From: Eledone cirrhosa
Lineage: Eukaryota
Direction: 5' to 3'
Assembly: GCA_964016885.1 (NCBI GenBank)
Contig: OZ024745.1
Location: 88,536,001-88,600,000, forward strand
Length of the DNA: 64,000 nucleotides
Shown piece by piece: positions 25,666-40,720 of this stretch. The translations under genes and the position numbers were made by a program. Position 1 is the stretch's first letter; each line of letters begins with the position of its first letter. Under the pieces are notes generated by a model. That model did no database searches and had not been told where the DNA came from. It saw only the letters and a program-made list of their open reading frames with translations.

Positions 25666-28466
25666 TTTATTTGATATATAAGCATATTATTAGTATTTTT
25701 ATGGCATTTTACCACTGATTATTAGTATTTTCTTGGCTGTTGATGACCATGAAGATGACGTTGTTGTTTGTGATGTAGTCCTGCTGGTGTTGCTGTTATT
25801 GATATTGATGAAGTTGTTCTTGTTACTCCGGGAAATAATGAAGAAAAGAAGAAAGAATTTAAACATGTTTTTTTTAAAGCCCATTGGACATCATACTACA
25901 ATATTCCCATCGGTGATATTGTACATAATATATATATATAACTTCATCATTATATTAACATAGAAATCATGCGATGACATAAGGACAATCATCCATTATC
26001 CTATCAAACAAAGAGTAAATGATGAAGAAAATTCTATTTCAATTCCCACGTCTTTTGCCTCGTCATCATTGATGGATTTTCCAATAACTTAAAGGTACCA
26101 TGACAAAGCAATGTTTCTCGTGTTTCATGGAACCCTAATAATTATTTCCGTTGATAGAAAGAACTAATAAAGCAGCCAATATTTCAATATGATTATCAGC
26201 AGGGCCAGATTTAATGGGAGGGGGGGCAAAGGGGGAAATTGCCTCACCTTCTGCCACTTCCTGAATTTATGGGCACCCACCAGCAACGGCCCTACTAATT
26301 TATTTGTGGCCTCTGCTGGGCTTTTTCGTGTTTTCCTTTCGACAATGTTTAACAAAAATGTATTTAATGTCATTACTGTGGCAAAACCCATCAAATGTTT
26401 GGTCTCGGACTGTGACAAACCATCTAACATATGTCAGTGTGGAAAGTGGATGTAAAATGACGATGGCTAAATTTTCTTAATTTATTACTTGTATGTATAA
26501 CTTTTCAATTCGAATTACTTGCGCCAATCCAACTTTGATATGTAGAAATGGGGATTTCTTTTATATTCTAATAATTTTTTATGAGCCCCCCCCCCCCCCT
26601 TCCCAAACTTGAATTGCCCCGGGCTTCCTAAGAGATATGAAGATGTGCCGTAGCCTCATATCGTTTTCTATAGGTTGCAATGGTATAACAACATTGGCAA
26701 ACTACCTCCCTGCATTTAACTACGAGGTAGCGTGCCAATGTTCGAATTAGTTTATTAAAATGTGTGTGTTTGTGTGTGTGTGCGCGTGTCTGAGAGAGAT
26801 ACTATTGGTTTCTGATTGCGACACAAGGCCAACAATTTTGGAGGAGGGGGAAGTTGATTAAATCGACTCCAGTGCATTACTGGTTCTTTATTCGCTCTAA
26901 TGACATTTCACTGTATTAAGGTATGCGTGGGAGTATATGTGTATGCTTTTGTGTCTATGTGTGTATGTGTGTGTGTGTATGTGTGTATGTGTGCATGTAT
27001 ATGTGTGTATGTGTGTATGTGTGTGTATATATGTGTGTGTTAGAAACAGAATACGTGTTACTGAGAGTGCGTGTCTGTGTGTTTGTGTGTACGTGTGCGA
27101 GTAAGTGTGTGAGTGAGTGTGTGTATATGAGTGCGTGTTAGAAAGAGATAATGTGTTAGTGAAAGTACGTGTGTATGTGTGTATGTGTGTGTGTGTGTGT
27201 TAGAAAGAGATAACGTGTTACAGAGAGTGTGTGTGTTTGTGTTTGTGTGTATGTTTGCGTGTGTTTGTTTGTATGTGTTTGTGTGTTTGTGTGTATGTGT
27301 GCCTGTATGTGTGTGAATGTGTGTGTGTTAGAAAGAGATAATGAGTTACTCAGAGTATGTGTGTGTATGTGTGTGTGAGCGTGTGTGTGTGTGTGTGTGT
27401 CTGTGTATGTATGTGTGCGTGTGTGAGTATGTGACTGTGTGTATGTATGTGTGTGTCTGTGTGTGTGTCTGTGTGTGTGTATACATATGTGTATGTGTCT
27501 GTGAGTGTGTGTGATGGTAGAAAGTAAGATAATATAAGGTAAAGACGAAACGTTTGAAGTTTGAACAACAGTATCACGAAACATCTGTAATTCTTCACAA
27601 TCCTCTGCTGCAAGTGATATATAATTTTCTTAACATACTAATGACACTTCTATATCTATGAACTATATATATTTGTATGCTAACCGCATACAAATCTTTA
27701 TGCTCCCTATTATCTCTTTGTAAAGTCTCTTTATAAATGATAAGAATTTTCAACTGAAGCATATATCAATTGTTATGAAATATCAGGTTTCAACACTGAA
27801 ATTATACAGAATAAGTCGATAGTTACACTATTGATAAAGAAAACATGATAAAATGGAATTTGAAAATTTATACAGGCAGGTGATTATTCTAATGTCTCAT
27901 GCTGCTACTTGGCAACGATTTGATTAATAAATTAAAAGAAAGAACCAGTCTAGAGGAAGTGTTTAGTTAGCGTGAATGACAAAGTAGACACTTTCATATA
28001 TAATTTAAATTTTTAAGGTAGAAAGGAAATTAGAAAATAACTTACAGATAATACAGAAAAAAAAAAAAAAAAAAATCACTAATCACGTTAAAATATGCAC
28101 GAGACCTGAGAATTGAGTGAAAGCCGCCATTAAAAAAAAATTTAAATATTCACCACACTAAGGTATAAATATTTCATCAGATTTTAAAAGACTTTTCGTC
28201 AAAATGAGATTTTTTATGCACAAGTATGGTCAAGTATTTAGTCGGACTATTTGATTAATCTAAGAAAAAAAAAAAAAGAAATCCGTAAAGCAAAGCATTT
28301 TGTCTTGATACATTCAGCATGCGTAAATATACCAACCAAGGATGCTGTAGCTGTTGTCTTTGTAGAGTGAAAGCAAGTATAAATGCATTTAGATATACAT
28401 TAGAATAGTTGAATTCGATGACAAAGAAACAGGTTAAAACTAACGAGAATGAAATATTAAACATTA

Positions 28467-28860
28467 TAATTGTTTCTACTTTTGGCACAAGACCAGCAAT
28501 TAATCAGTTCATTACTGGTACTTTATTTTATCGACCCCGTAAGGATAAGAGGCAAAGTTAACCTCGTCGGGATTTGAACTCAGAGTGTAAAGGGGCGTAA
28601 CTATGCTGGAAAGCATGGCTTCCGACCCTCTACCGATACTGCCAATCCAAACATTATAATGGTTTCTTATATAGGCACAAGGCCAGTATTTTGGGGGAGG
28701 GGAAAGTAGATTAAATCGACCCCAGTGTGTGACCCCATATCGACCCCATAAGGATGAATGTCAAAGTTAACCTCTGCAGGATTAGAAATCATATCATAAA
28801 TGGCCATAACTCTATGCTGCAAAGCATGGCATCCGACCCTTTACCGATACTGCCAATCCA
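28467..28860 (-). mobile_element. Two head-to-tail Nin-domain SINE copies
   Basis: Copies at ~28467-28649 and ~28657-28860. Confidence 0.85.
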
Positions 28861-28883
28861 AACATTTTAATGAGAACAAGTTC

Positions 28884-29079
28884 TACGCGGCTGCGCTGAA
28901 AAGTTCCTGGCTTTAAGAGTATCACGAAAGGGTAGAGCTATTACTTTTACAGAGGAGATAGGACCGCTGCAGTAAGTGTGTGAATCTGAGAGGGGAATAT
29001 GTTGAATAAAATCATAATTAACTGATCTTCCTGTAGTTTCTCTTATCTGAAGCTAGGAACTTTTCAGCACCCACTCGTA
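28884..29079 (+). mobile_element. Internally deleted mariner element (MITE-like)
   Basis: Terminal inverted repeats tacgcggctgcgctgaaaagttcctggctt / aagctaggaacttttcagcacccactcgta with TA ends. The interior keeps the mariner transposase C-terminus KCVNLRGEYVE*. Confidence 0.8.
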
Positions 29080-29404
29080 CAAAAGTAGGCAAATGTTTAA
29101 AAAGTAAACTAAAATGTGGATAAAAATTATGGAAAAATGTAAGGGTATTACTGGGTTTGATATAATTCAGGAGTTAAGCAGTGCAACAGATTTGACCTTC
29201 AAGAAATGTGACCCATAATATTTGACATTTTGACGCAAATATTGATATTTTATATCACATATTACACACTCTAAATATATTTTTAAATGGAGGAAACATT
29301 CCCTTCCTTTCCATGTGCCAGAGCAGGATGAATTCACAGCAGAAAATACTTTTGTCTAATAAGAATATACCACTACCACTACCACCACCACCACAACAAC
29401 AACA

Positions 29405-30570
29405 GTTACTTAACGTGTATCATTTCATTATGTGCTTGTGGCGGTTTCTGTAGAGGAGATATTTGTTCCTGTATTGCACTTCTGAATCCTTCAGTCAGGC
29501 TTTAAATATATCACTTCTGAGCCATTGCTGTGAATTGTTAGTTATTAACTTGGTATGGGTTTTTTCTTGTTATCCTTTGTCATGGTATATTGGGGATTTA
29601 TTTTATAGTTTAGCGTTAGGCATTTTTCCCATTTCTGTTATATTTTTATCCTTGTTTTTTTTTTTCAGAATTATCTGTCATTTCAGCCTTTGTTGGATTC
29701 CTTAAAGACAGAACAGAGTTTTAGTTTCTTTAGCGTTCCGTAGCTATTTATATTACCTCTGCATTGTTCGCCAATATATATATTTTATAGACCTACAGGG
29801 GATATTTCATAGTAGTTTTGCTGAGGTGTAAATTCCCTAGCTCACTGTAATTGTGCTAAATATAATCTTTATAAATCTCGGTTTGGGTGTATTTTTTTTT
29901 TCTAAATGGAAGCATTAGCTTTCTTTTTTTCTGTTTTGATTCTGTCTAGTCTTCCTGTCTTATTTAGTGTTCAGATAGAAATGATAAAACTGTAGCATAT
30001 TACTAGGACAGCTAAAGTATTGATGAATATTAACATATTTTTAGGTATGTTTAAGTAGTAAACTAATGTGGGTATAGTATTTCTTTCTATTTTCTTCTTG
30101 TATTTCTGTGTGCTGTGCACAGTTTAGTTCATTGATTCCAGAGCAATTTTCTTTGTGTTTCATCTAATTCTCTTATTTCAGTTCCTTTATCTAACATGAT
30201 ACTATTGATTTTAACCAAACCTCCTCTCAGCAAGGTTGCTTTGGCACATTTTCCTAGTACAACACAAATATATATTTCTCTGGTAAAACCGTATACTGTC
30301 TGTAGTAGTGCTTCCAGCTGTCTATCATATGTAGCGAAGAACTTGAAACCGTCCATAAACAAGACGTGGCTGATTTTTCTTGAAGTATTTGTATCAAGAT
30401 CTGGTCCTCTTTAGCATCTCAGTGAATGGTGTCAACCTTAGATAGAAAATGAACGGGAAGAGGAAGTCTCTTTCGAATATTTCTCTATTGATTGAAGTAA
30501 GCTCAGATTCATTAACTCCTACCTTTGACTGTATCGGTAGAAATGTTTACACTTTCTCATGATGTGTGAA
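29405..30570 (-). mobile_element. Decayed R4/Dong-like LINE RT fragment
   Basis: FMDGFKFFA..QLEALLQTVYGFTREI..LGKCAKATLLRG resembles the YMDDLKLFA..FGLDKCAK segment. Confidence 0.7.
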
Positions 30571-30619
30571 GTATTTCTTTTGTGTTATGGTTGCTAACTT
30601 ACACACCTCTAAATTTTCC

Positions 30620-30860
30620 AGGATCCACTTGTACGGAAAAATATTCTACTAAAGAACTACCTATTATAAACATCTTTTTACAGCACAAAGACATCCATAA
30701 ATATATATGGAATAAGGGGAATCGGGAGGAGAGATCAATAACTGATTTTGTTATTGCGTTGGATCTCTTTGCTTCTGTGCTGGATGTTCGTGTTAAAAGA
30801 GGGGGTTAACATTACTCAACTCATCACCATCTTGTTATCCGCAGCCTGAGGCTACCTAAA
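30620..30860 (+). mobile_element. RTE LINE apurinic-like endonuclease fragment
   Basis: IINIFLQHKDIHKYIW..RSITDFVI..VLDVRVKRG..STHHHLV. Confidence 0.7.
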
Positions 30861-31048
30861 GACAATAAAGCATGGTGGTCAGTATTCCATCCGAGCAACG
30901 ATGGAGACTTACAAAGCATGGCTTGGAAATAAGTCCTCCTTCTTGCATTTCTATACAAGCGATAAACTAATATTTTTTTCCGTTATTGTCACACCTATTT
31001 GTTTCTCGTTTTTGACCTTGCACACACACACACTCACACATACACACA

Positions 31049-31209
<161 letters not shown>

Positions 31210-31325
31210 ACGTTTGAATATGTATAATAAAGCCAAATCAATGCAGGTATGGACATAGAAAAAAGAATGCAATTGTAAAAGATGTTGTTGACAATTCGTC
31301 TTTTACCTTAGATTTATTTTAAACG

Positions 31326-31362
31326 TCCTTAATTTTCGACATAATATCTCTTCTTCAGAGGA
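31326..31362 (-). ncRNA. Probable minimal HHR (weak helix III)
   Basis: The minus strand reads tcct-CTGAAGA-agagatattatgtc-GAAA-at-TA-agga. Confidence 0.45.
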
Positions 31363-31463
31363 AAATAAAGGTCTCAAACCAGCGTTCTAAATATCTTGCC
31401 AAGCCATGCTGACAGGAAATAGTATAGAGTATCTGTTCTATCTCTAATGTCATATAACCTCCT

Positions 31464-31509
<46 letters not shown>

Positions 31510-31667
31510 GCATTACATATATATATGTGTGTCAAGGCTGGCGGTGCCATCCCTCTCCGAGCCTGAGTACAACAGATTTCTTCCCGAGAGAGGAAGAATC
31601 AACCCAGTACTAGACTTGTACTATATTTTATCGACCTCGAAAGGATGAAAGGTAAAGTTGACCTCGG

Positions 31668-31738
<71 letters not shown>

Positions 31739-32084
31739 AAATGTTCATTATCTTTCGTTTAACATGTTTTTACGTTTGTTTAATTATGTGTTAATGTGTG
31801 TATATATATGATTAATTTCATATATATTTATTTTTGTATATTATTTTATCTAGTTATTTTGCGCCTGCCAATGCTGGTAAATAATGCCAACAGAATGTAC
31901 GTCATAGACGAGGTTAAAACTTTCAAGCAAACAATTTTATAATGCAAGCAGTCAGTAGAGATTAAATGGAAAACTTCACAGACGTATCAAGTATGTGATT
32001 CTTAGAGATAATATTTTCGGCTACTCTCAGTTCTTTGGGGGGAAAAAGGAAGTGTGATATTTCTTAATATGAAACGAGAAATCA

Positions 32085-32237
<153 letters not shown>

Positions 32238-32238
32238 T

Positions 32239-32272
<34 letters not shown>

Positions 32273-32455
32273 TATATACATATATATATACATATATATA
32301 TAACAGGTCTTACTTATACACTAAAATGTAGGTACACACACAAGCATACCCATACAGGTATAGCGACATACACACAGACACAGAAACAAATGTATATACA
32401 CACACACACGAACGCACTTATATATATAATACGGTTTCGTTTAACAAACGGAATT

Positions 32456-32477
<22 letters not shown>

Positions 32478-32486
<9 letters not shown>

Positions 32487-33115
32487 TGAATATAAAAGAA
32501 AAACGAACACAGATATATACATATATGTGTTCAAATCGCAAGGGAACAGATTCGATAAGGTGAAAAGAATACTAACTATAGTCAATAGGGTCTGCTCGTC
32601 TTAATTTAAGAAAAAATCAAGAAAATGAATACAAACTGGAATTGTGATAGCTACCAATCACTCAGACAGCTCTTGGTGCTGTTTCGCAATATTAATTGTG
32701 AATAGAAATACCAATTCAAGCTCATCAGTGGATAAAGAATTAGTATCCTAGACACTTCTAAGTATATTGAGAAACTGTATAGTGTGCTATATATTATAAC
32801 GCACATGGTATTTCTATTCACAATTAATATTGCGAAACAGCACCAAGGCCTGTCTGGGTGATTGGTAGTTACCACAATTCCGGTTTGTATTTATTTTCTT
32901 AATTTATTCTTAATTTGAGACAGGCAAACCCTATTGTCTATAGTTAGTATTCTTTTCACCTTAGCGAATCTGGTCCCTTGCGATTTGAATACATATATGT
33001 ATATATGTGTTCGTTTTTATATTCAATTATAATATACGGCTCGGAAATATCTCTTTCTTAGAGCTATTTTATTGTAAGAGACTATTTTGAGTTTCTAACT
33101 CAATATATACCTTTG
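32478..33115. mobile_element. Fold-back PLE pLTR with an HHR on the minus strand (32658-32735)
   Basis: Inverted arms ~32478-32713 and ~32806-33035. The minus strand reads ttatcca-CTGATGA-gc..gc-GAAA-cagc(accaaga)gctg-TC-tgagtga. The right arm begins inside helix II. Confidence 0.8.
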
Positions 33116-33194
<79 letters not shown>

Positions 33195-34127
33195 GGGAGA
33201 GGGGGGAGTGAGACAGTGAGAGAGATATGTGCGTGTAAATGTGTGCAACTGTGTGTGTATTTATGTGTGTAGTCGTGCTTCTAAATAAAGAAATTCATAT
33301 AATTACCGGTAGCTACAAATAATTATGCTCAATGATATTAAACGTATAATTATAAGCAATACACGACTCATTGAAATATGTACATTGACATAAATTGAAA
33401 TATATGTCGAATTCCTTGTCAAGTATGTGTGCATGTATGCAAGTGTGCATGTGTACTTGTTAAAATGTTTATGAACAGAATTGGATTTCTAAACAGCAAA
33501 CATTACGATGAAATTGTTAAAATTCAGACTGACTAGCAATCATGTCGACCGAGAGAGAGAGACGTCCTGTTTTATTAAGGTGCTGTACACCAGGACAAGA
33601 CTATACAATTGTCAGACATTTTGTTATTTTGCAAAGTGTTGATACCTTACGTAGATGGCTCCGTTCGAAAAATATATTGCAGTCTCCATTTCATGCCGGA
33701 AAACATGGCAATGCCCATGATTGTTTTTTAAAAGAAATAATTTGATTGAATATTTTATAACGAATTTAATAAAAGACGTTACTTTTCCCCGGCTGCGTAT
33801 ATTATAGATTTTCAATACTTCTAATTCGAAACATAATGAAAAATTAACGAATTCTGTATGTGCCATCAATGACTTCAATATATACACGTATATATTGAAG
33901 TCATTAATAGGACATACAGAATTAAGGACTAGAGATTAAGATTAGAGGCAATTGTTCCCATTGGATATCAAAACGACATATAACTATTTGTCATAAACAT
34001 CCCGTATAGATAGGAGCATTGATATGGGATTAAAATATTTAATTTCCAAGTTGGTAATACCGCGTTCAATTATTCAACGTAATAATCTACAATAACCTCA
34101 TATCGACCAATAGATTTTGAAAGGTGT

Positions 34128-34177
<50 letters not shown>

Positions 34178-34179
<2 letters not shown>

Positions 34180-34357
34180 GGTGTGGTGAGATAACAGGTG
34201 GTCCATAATGCACCAGAGTACTCAATACTTAGGGTAGTAGAGTGGGTGATATGAAAAGAGTCAGGAACCCGACGGCTGAGTTCCGGCCGTTTCGTCAGCT
34301 AGATCTGAACTGTCGAAACGGCCGGAGCTCAGTTGTCGGGGTCCTGACACTTTTCCT
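34178..34357. mobile_element. Family Y pLTR fragment with a terminal ~100 bp hairpin centred on HHR helix II
   Basis: Palindrome 34254-34354; both arms carry GAAA-cggc..g(c/t)(c/t)g-TC-gg. Confidence 0.7.
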
Positions 34358-34366
34358 ATATATATA

Positions 34367-34978
34367 TGGTGGCTGCCAACTCGTTTTCGAGTTCGGACAC
34401 TACTTTATATCCATGTAGGAGAACCCCTACCGACGCGCTGAACGAGTGTGACTTTTTTAGTGCAGCCAGCGACTTGAAAACTCTGGTACAAACACTACAC
34501 TTGCGACAATTATTGACACATAGTGCTGGGCCCATGATCCCATGTGACGACAAGTGCAGAGATATCTCCAGATATAAAGCAATGCCTGTGCCGTGAAGCT
34601 TTTATAGTGAGCAAAGGCACTGAACAAAACCAGTCCCACTCTCTTAACCAAGATTATATTTACCAAAAAGAAGAACAAGTCAACATCTTTGGATACCATC
34701 AGGGTTGGAGGTGTTATATCAGAATGTTCCTTCTCCTAGAATTCTGCCTTGACAAAGGCTAAGGGGTCATCTCTCCCGGTGATTTTGGATGGCCATTGAC
34801 TCTTAAGAGCTCCTTTGCCCTTTGACAGGTTTTGTTTTTAGTCCTGCAGGATGTCCAAAGTCACCCTCCTCACCAAGAATCCTTCGTAGGGTTGCCAGTT
34901 TAGTCGCCAACGACCCGACCATGGGAGAGGTTGTACTGGGATACATGTTACCAGTAGCACCAACTGGTGACCTGACAT
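34367..34978 (-). mobile_element. Family X non-autonomous retroposon, copy 2
   Basis: Same termini as 11423-12036, with TA tracts on both sides. Confidence 0.75.
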
Positions 34979-35136
34979 ATATATATATATATATTTATAC
35001 ACATATATATATATTCAATTTATTAAGGCTATATTGCGATTCTTGTCGTCTTGGAGTTTCGCCTGTTTATCGCAGAATACTCACTATTTGGCCTTCGGCA
35101 TTAAGTATTCTTTTTCCTCAGTTGTCAACCACATAC

Positions 35137-35183
<47 letters not shown>

Positions 35184-35672
35184 TATATATATATAAAATA
35201 CAGGGCAAACTTAACTTGCGTTTACCTTCCTAGGTATTCCGAGTTTCCCAACGTAAGTTGATGAAACAACCGCATATATTTATTTACTCATACACTAACA
35301 CGTACACACAAACACACAAACGCACACAGACAGACAGACAGTCACACACACATCCACGTGCGCATATATATATATACACAGAGTCGGGGTTGATTTGTTT
35401 GATGTATGATTTTTGGATAATATCTCACGCATAAAATCTAGTGAGCAACAAAACAATAATTGATTGATTGTACAATTTGAAGACAAGAACTTCAAATTCA
35501 TGTTAAAAATTCTAAAACTCCCTTTTTTTTGTTCCCTCTAATGGCACATTTTCTTTTTATGTATCCTTGTCTGACGTTTCTTTTGTCTTTGTCTATTTTT
35601 CAATATGGCTGTCTAACCACAACAAGTGCTTTCTACACTTTTCTTTTTTTTCCTTCCACTATCCTCCTTTTT

Positions 35673-35835
35673 AGGCGGCGAATTGGAAGAGTCGTTAGAA
35701 TATCAGATCGAATGATTTGCAGTATTCTTTTCGGCTCTCTGCTTTTTGAGTTCAAATTCCACTGAGGTTAAGTTTGCTTTTTGTCCAATCGAGGTCGATA
35801 AAAACAGTACCAGTATACTACTGAGGTCGATTTTT
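35673..35835 (+). mobile_element. Degenerate Nin-domain SINE
   Basis: ggcggcgaattgg..gagttcaaattccactgaggttaagtttgc..ggtcgataaaaacagtaccag. Confidence 0.7.
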
Positions 35836-36199
35836 CCTCTGTGTCTCTTTCTCACTTCCATTCTCTCAATCTTCTCTGTAAGAAATCTGCTATAGATCTG
35901 GAGAGGGATATGCTCCAACAGGTTTTTAAATGCCCTAGAAACGCTGTATGTCAATACGGTACCCCTACTACTCCCTCAGAAATTACAGGACTATCCATTC
36001 GTCCATCATATTCCTTTTTCCTTATCTCTACTAAACATCCTCTCTTCTCTGTTTTTGCAGCCTCCGATGAAAGCGTAGTGTACAAAATGTTAAGACACAT
36101 TTCAAACTATTGAACATTAAACTTATATACCAACCTTGCATTTCATTGTTTCCATATGTTGTTTTTCCTTGACTTTTCTCATATATCTATGTATGTATA

Positions 36200-36277
<78 letters not shown>

Positions 36278-36458
36278 TGTAAAACATTTGGGCTCGGACT
36301 CTATAATATAGCCATACTTTACTATCGAATACTCTGTTGAGTAATGATCTAGTATCTAGTATTCTGTTGGGTAATGGTATATATTATATTTATAAACAAT
36401 TATATATATATATATATTTATATATATATACAATATATATATATATTTATATATATAT

Positions 36459-36565
<107 letters not shown>

Positions 36566-37138
36566 CATATGTACATACATACATAGATATATACATACAC
36601 ATACAAACATATAGAAGCATACACATACCACACATCCACACATAACTATATACTGTATTTTCCTAACTAATTGGTGTTTTCGTGAAAGCTACAAAGAAAG
36701 AAAAGAGGTAAAAAAATATTCTCATTGAATATGCTACAATCATACACCGCATGACGTGTGAATGGTCGATAAGGCCAAACTTACATAATTTCTACAAAAA
36801 TATAATAATCTCATTGCGCTTGGAAGGGTTCATAAAAATATTATAATTGCACTTAGTAGAGCTTACGGCACACAGTGGAAATATTTAGATTTCCTCTTCA
36901 AAAACATTGAATGCACAACTAATGAAGCCATTTCACAGCGGTCAGAAATTATGAAATAAATTGAATTAGGCGTGTGTATAAAAAGTGAATTCATCTTAAA
37001 TTTTTTTTTTAAATGGCTACAGAATTATTATTATTTTAGGTGTAGTACAAACAGACATACAGAGTCACACACACACACACATATTTGTGTGTGTGTGTGA
37101 CTCTGCATGTATCTCTATATATATATACATATACATAT

Positions 37139-37262
<124 letters not shown>

Positions 37263-37399
37263 AGAAAGAGAAAGAGAGTCGGCGGTGCTGAGACAGAAGA
37301 GACCATTAATGATAGTAGTATAATTATATATATTTGTGTGTATGTATATGTGTATGTTTGTATGTATATGTGTATGTTTGTTTATATATATATAAAGAC

Positions 37400-38040
37400 A
37401 TAAGTACGCTAGTTTGTTGGAGATAGAGTATCACCTTAGATCTTTGCTCAGTATTTAGCTGGAATAAAGTCAGCATCCTATTAATTAAAACTTTAAATAA
37501 TAGAAACTATTGACTATATTCCTGAAATGACCCCTCAAGGAACCCTGTGCAGTGCACTCTACATTTAAATGGAGTCCCACTGAAGTAAGTGGAGAAGTTC
37601 AAGTATCTCGGGCCATGTTCACCACTGACGAAAGGCAGGAGGCTGAATTAAGTGCAAGTATTGCGAATACAAGCAGCCGAAATGGGGTTTCTCCAAAGGG
37701 TTTTGGCAGTAACGTTAGTTGATAGAGCGTATAGCTCGGAGATCAGAAAGTCACTTAGGGTAGAGCCGCTACTTATCAGAATTAAGACATCACAGCCCCA
37801 ATGAATGGGATTAGAATGTCTCAGGAAAGAAGCGCTGGATAGATTTTACGGGCATAAACAACTGGCAGAGACATAGTGGTATACCACGAGCAAAATGGTT
37901 AGATAACATACTTGAGCTTGGCTTATCTCTCTTGAGGACTCAGCAGGACCAATTGGGAACGGTTGCTTCTAACAAGACCTATTAGAAGGAGTGCTTGAAG
38001 ACTCTGCACACACGACTCTCCCAGGAATAACCGGGAGAGA
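37400..38040 (+). mobile_element. Decayed RTE LINE 3' fragment
   Basis: VEKFKYLG..RIQAAEMGFLQRV..VTL.DR..SSEIRKSLRVEPLLIRI. Confidence 0.75.
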
Positions 38041-38094
38041 AAAAAGAAGTCTGACATATTTCTCGGTGTCTAAACATTACAGTCTTATTATTTC

Positions 38095-38466
38095 ATTGGC
38101 AGTATCGATAGATAATCAGACACCATGCTTTGCATCATAGGGCTACGGTCTTTTACGTTCTGAGTTCAAATCCCGCCGAAGTTAAGTTTGCCTTTCATCC
38201 TTACGGGGTCGATAAAATAAAGTACCAGTCACGCACTGGGGTCGATTTAATCGACTTTACCCTCCCCAAAAATTGCTGGCCTTGTGTCTACATGAGAAAC
38301 CATTATTTCATTGGCAGTATCGATAGATAGTCAAACACCACGCTTTGCATCATAAAGGTACGGTACTTACGAGGTTGATAAATTAAAGCACCAGTAACGC
38401 ACCGGGGTCGACATTCTCCATACCCCAGAACATTGCTGGCCTTTTGTCTATATAAGAAACCATTAT
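38095..38466 (+). mobile_element. Two tandem Nin-domain SINE copies
   Basis: Copies at ~38095-38308 and ~38310-38466 (the second internally deleted). Confidence 0.8.
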
Positions 38467-38788
38467 TTTACTCTCTAGCTGGTTCCAATCATTTGTTGTC
38501 AGTCATGCTAGACCTTGGTCTATCGATACCAGTAATTAAGTATGTAAGTCTGCTAGTTATTCTATTGTTCACTCTATTGTGAACAGCTCGATACCTGAAC
38601 TTAAAAAAATACTGAACACAAACACCGACACATACACATGCACACACTCAAACCTCCACACACGCATATACACACACCAAGCCTCCATACACACAAACTT
38701 CTACGCACACTCACTCACACACTCACACAAGCAAACATACACGCACACACGCACACACGACGCACACATACACACACACATATATATA

Positions 38789-40115
38789 TACTAACAGTAT
38801 ATCCCGGCGTTGCACGGGTAAGAACATTGGTAATAGCACCTCCAATGAGAAACGTTTATTTGTGAGTGCCTGTTAAAAACTCACGAAAATATTCCCACAG
38901 GTAACTTGTTTTATTTGGAGAAAATTAAGAAGTTGATAGTACAATTTAGCTGTCTACGTGCAGTGTTCATAGAAATATTGTTGAGCCCCTTCTTTTCATA
39001 CTCCTTCTGTGACAGTTGTCCCCCGGCGTCTCCACTCTGTTTTGGCCTATTGGAGTAAATGTGAAAGAGAAAGTCACAGGTTAAGTTGGCAGAAAGTTCC
39101 AGTGCAATAGCAGTAAGGCGTAGGCCACTTACCTCAAAAGTTCATTCGCACACTTTCCACTAAGTTACTCTTTCTCTCTATCCCTCTCGGTGCATCCCCT
39201 TGCAAATTTCTCGCGTAGGCCTGGTGTAGACTTGCACCCGACCCATCTGCCCGATGCACATGTCCGCTTTGTACAGATTTTGGAGGAAGGAGTGACCAGC
39301 AGTACGCTGTTCGGTATTATTATGAAATCCCGCGTGAACTAAAAGCTCGGGAGGAAACTGCTTACTTCGATTTTTGATTAATAAAAGACAGTTTAAAGCG
39401 ACCTAGAATGTATCATTCTGCGTTGATGTTAGCGGTTTTCGTTATTGACAATGGATTTTTGGACGGCAAATTCGAGACCCTTCTGTTTCTCCCTCAATAA
39501 ACTGACTACTATGAAGACCATTCCATGCTGGCCTGCGGATGGAAATGCAGAACGCAAAGGTAAAAGTTCAGTGGTAATGGGAGTCCTATGAAGCAGCAGT
39601 AATATTGACATTGCTTACAACGTGTGCTTTAACCCTTAACGGGATCTTCTGAAACTAAAAAATTCAATCTGTGAACGCAGAAGTAAATATTTCGAAAAAC
39701 GTTGCAACCGAAGGAAAGCAGGAAGACGATACTTTTGTTCGTGAAGACGTTCCCTGGCAATGAACGGAAAATACCGAAGATAATACGTCAGAAATGAGAA
39801 TAATGTTTGTCATAATGTCGTAATGTAGACAGCCAGACATACATACAGATATTATAAGGGCGCGACGTTATAGCTATGTATCTATCTAAAAAACTAGACT
39901 AAGAAAGACAGAAAGATCAATAACCGGCCCCTAACACCTCTTTAACAACAGAAAATTGGAAAATAAAAGCTGCAGTTAATATCTTTAGACCGCAAGGAAT
40001 ATATAAATGGAAGTTTGAAGTCAATCGGTGTAGAAATGTGGATTTGTATAGACATTGCAAAAATAAGGACACGGACAAACACACACACAGACAATTTCAG
40101 TTTTATATATATGTA
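38789..40115 (+). mobile_element. Non-autonomous Helitron/Helentron (DINE/Lep1-like) element or nested pair
   Basis: Starts tactaacagtatatcccggcgttgcacggg and ends acacagacaatttcagttttatatatat, the typical termini of Lep1/DINE-like rolling-circle elements. A related segment occurs at 40405-40510 (inverted) and 62270-62580. Confidence 0.55.
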
Positions 40116-40375
40116 TAGCTATAATAATGGCTGACTGAATATGCCCGTGTTTTTTCCCCTTTCCTCATTTTCCCCTGTTCTCTTCCTCTTCTCACTCTTT
40201 TCTTTCTATTTATCTAATATTTTGAGACCGAGGAGACTACTAATTATATCAGTACTCGATACATGGGGAGATGTAGGGTGGGTATAAAGATGTGGAAAAT
40301 CCCGACGACTGCGCCAAGCGGCCGAAACCGATCGCCGTTGCGATCCTTATCTTACTCTATATATCTATCTATCTA

Positions 40376-40410
<35 letters not shown>

Positions 40411-40509
40411 CTATAACGTCGCGCCCTTATAATATCTGTATGTATGTCTGGCTGTCTACATTACGACATTATGACAAACATTATTCTCATTTCTGACGTA
40501 TTATCTTCG

Positions 40510-40570
<61 letters not shown>

Positions 40571-40579
40571 TATATATAA

Positions 40580-40720
40580 AGGCGTGTGGCTGAGTGGTTA
40601 GAGAATTTGATTCGCAATCGTGAGGTTGTGAGTTCGATACCTAGACCAGGAGATGCGTTATGTCATTGAGCAAGACATTTCTTTCACGTTGCTCCTTCTA
40701 CCTGGAGTTGCGACCGACGA
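40580..40720 (+). mobile_element. tRNA-derived CORE-like SINE, 5' part
   Basis: ggcgtgtggctgagtggttagag..gagttcgatacc..tgtcattgagcaagacat. Confidence 0.8.

Noticed and set aside
26199-26630. hAT-like MITE starting cagggccagattta
   Set aside because: No matching right terminal inverted repeat or target-site duplication was found.
40298-40347. Possible HHR (CCGACGA..GAAA..ccg-TT)
   Set aside because: The core and helices have several mismatches, too degenerate to call.
40580-40655. tRNA gene
   Set aside because: It has A/B boxes but no clean cloverleaf and runs into a SINE body, so it is a SINE head.
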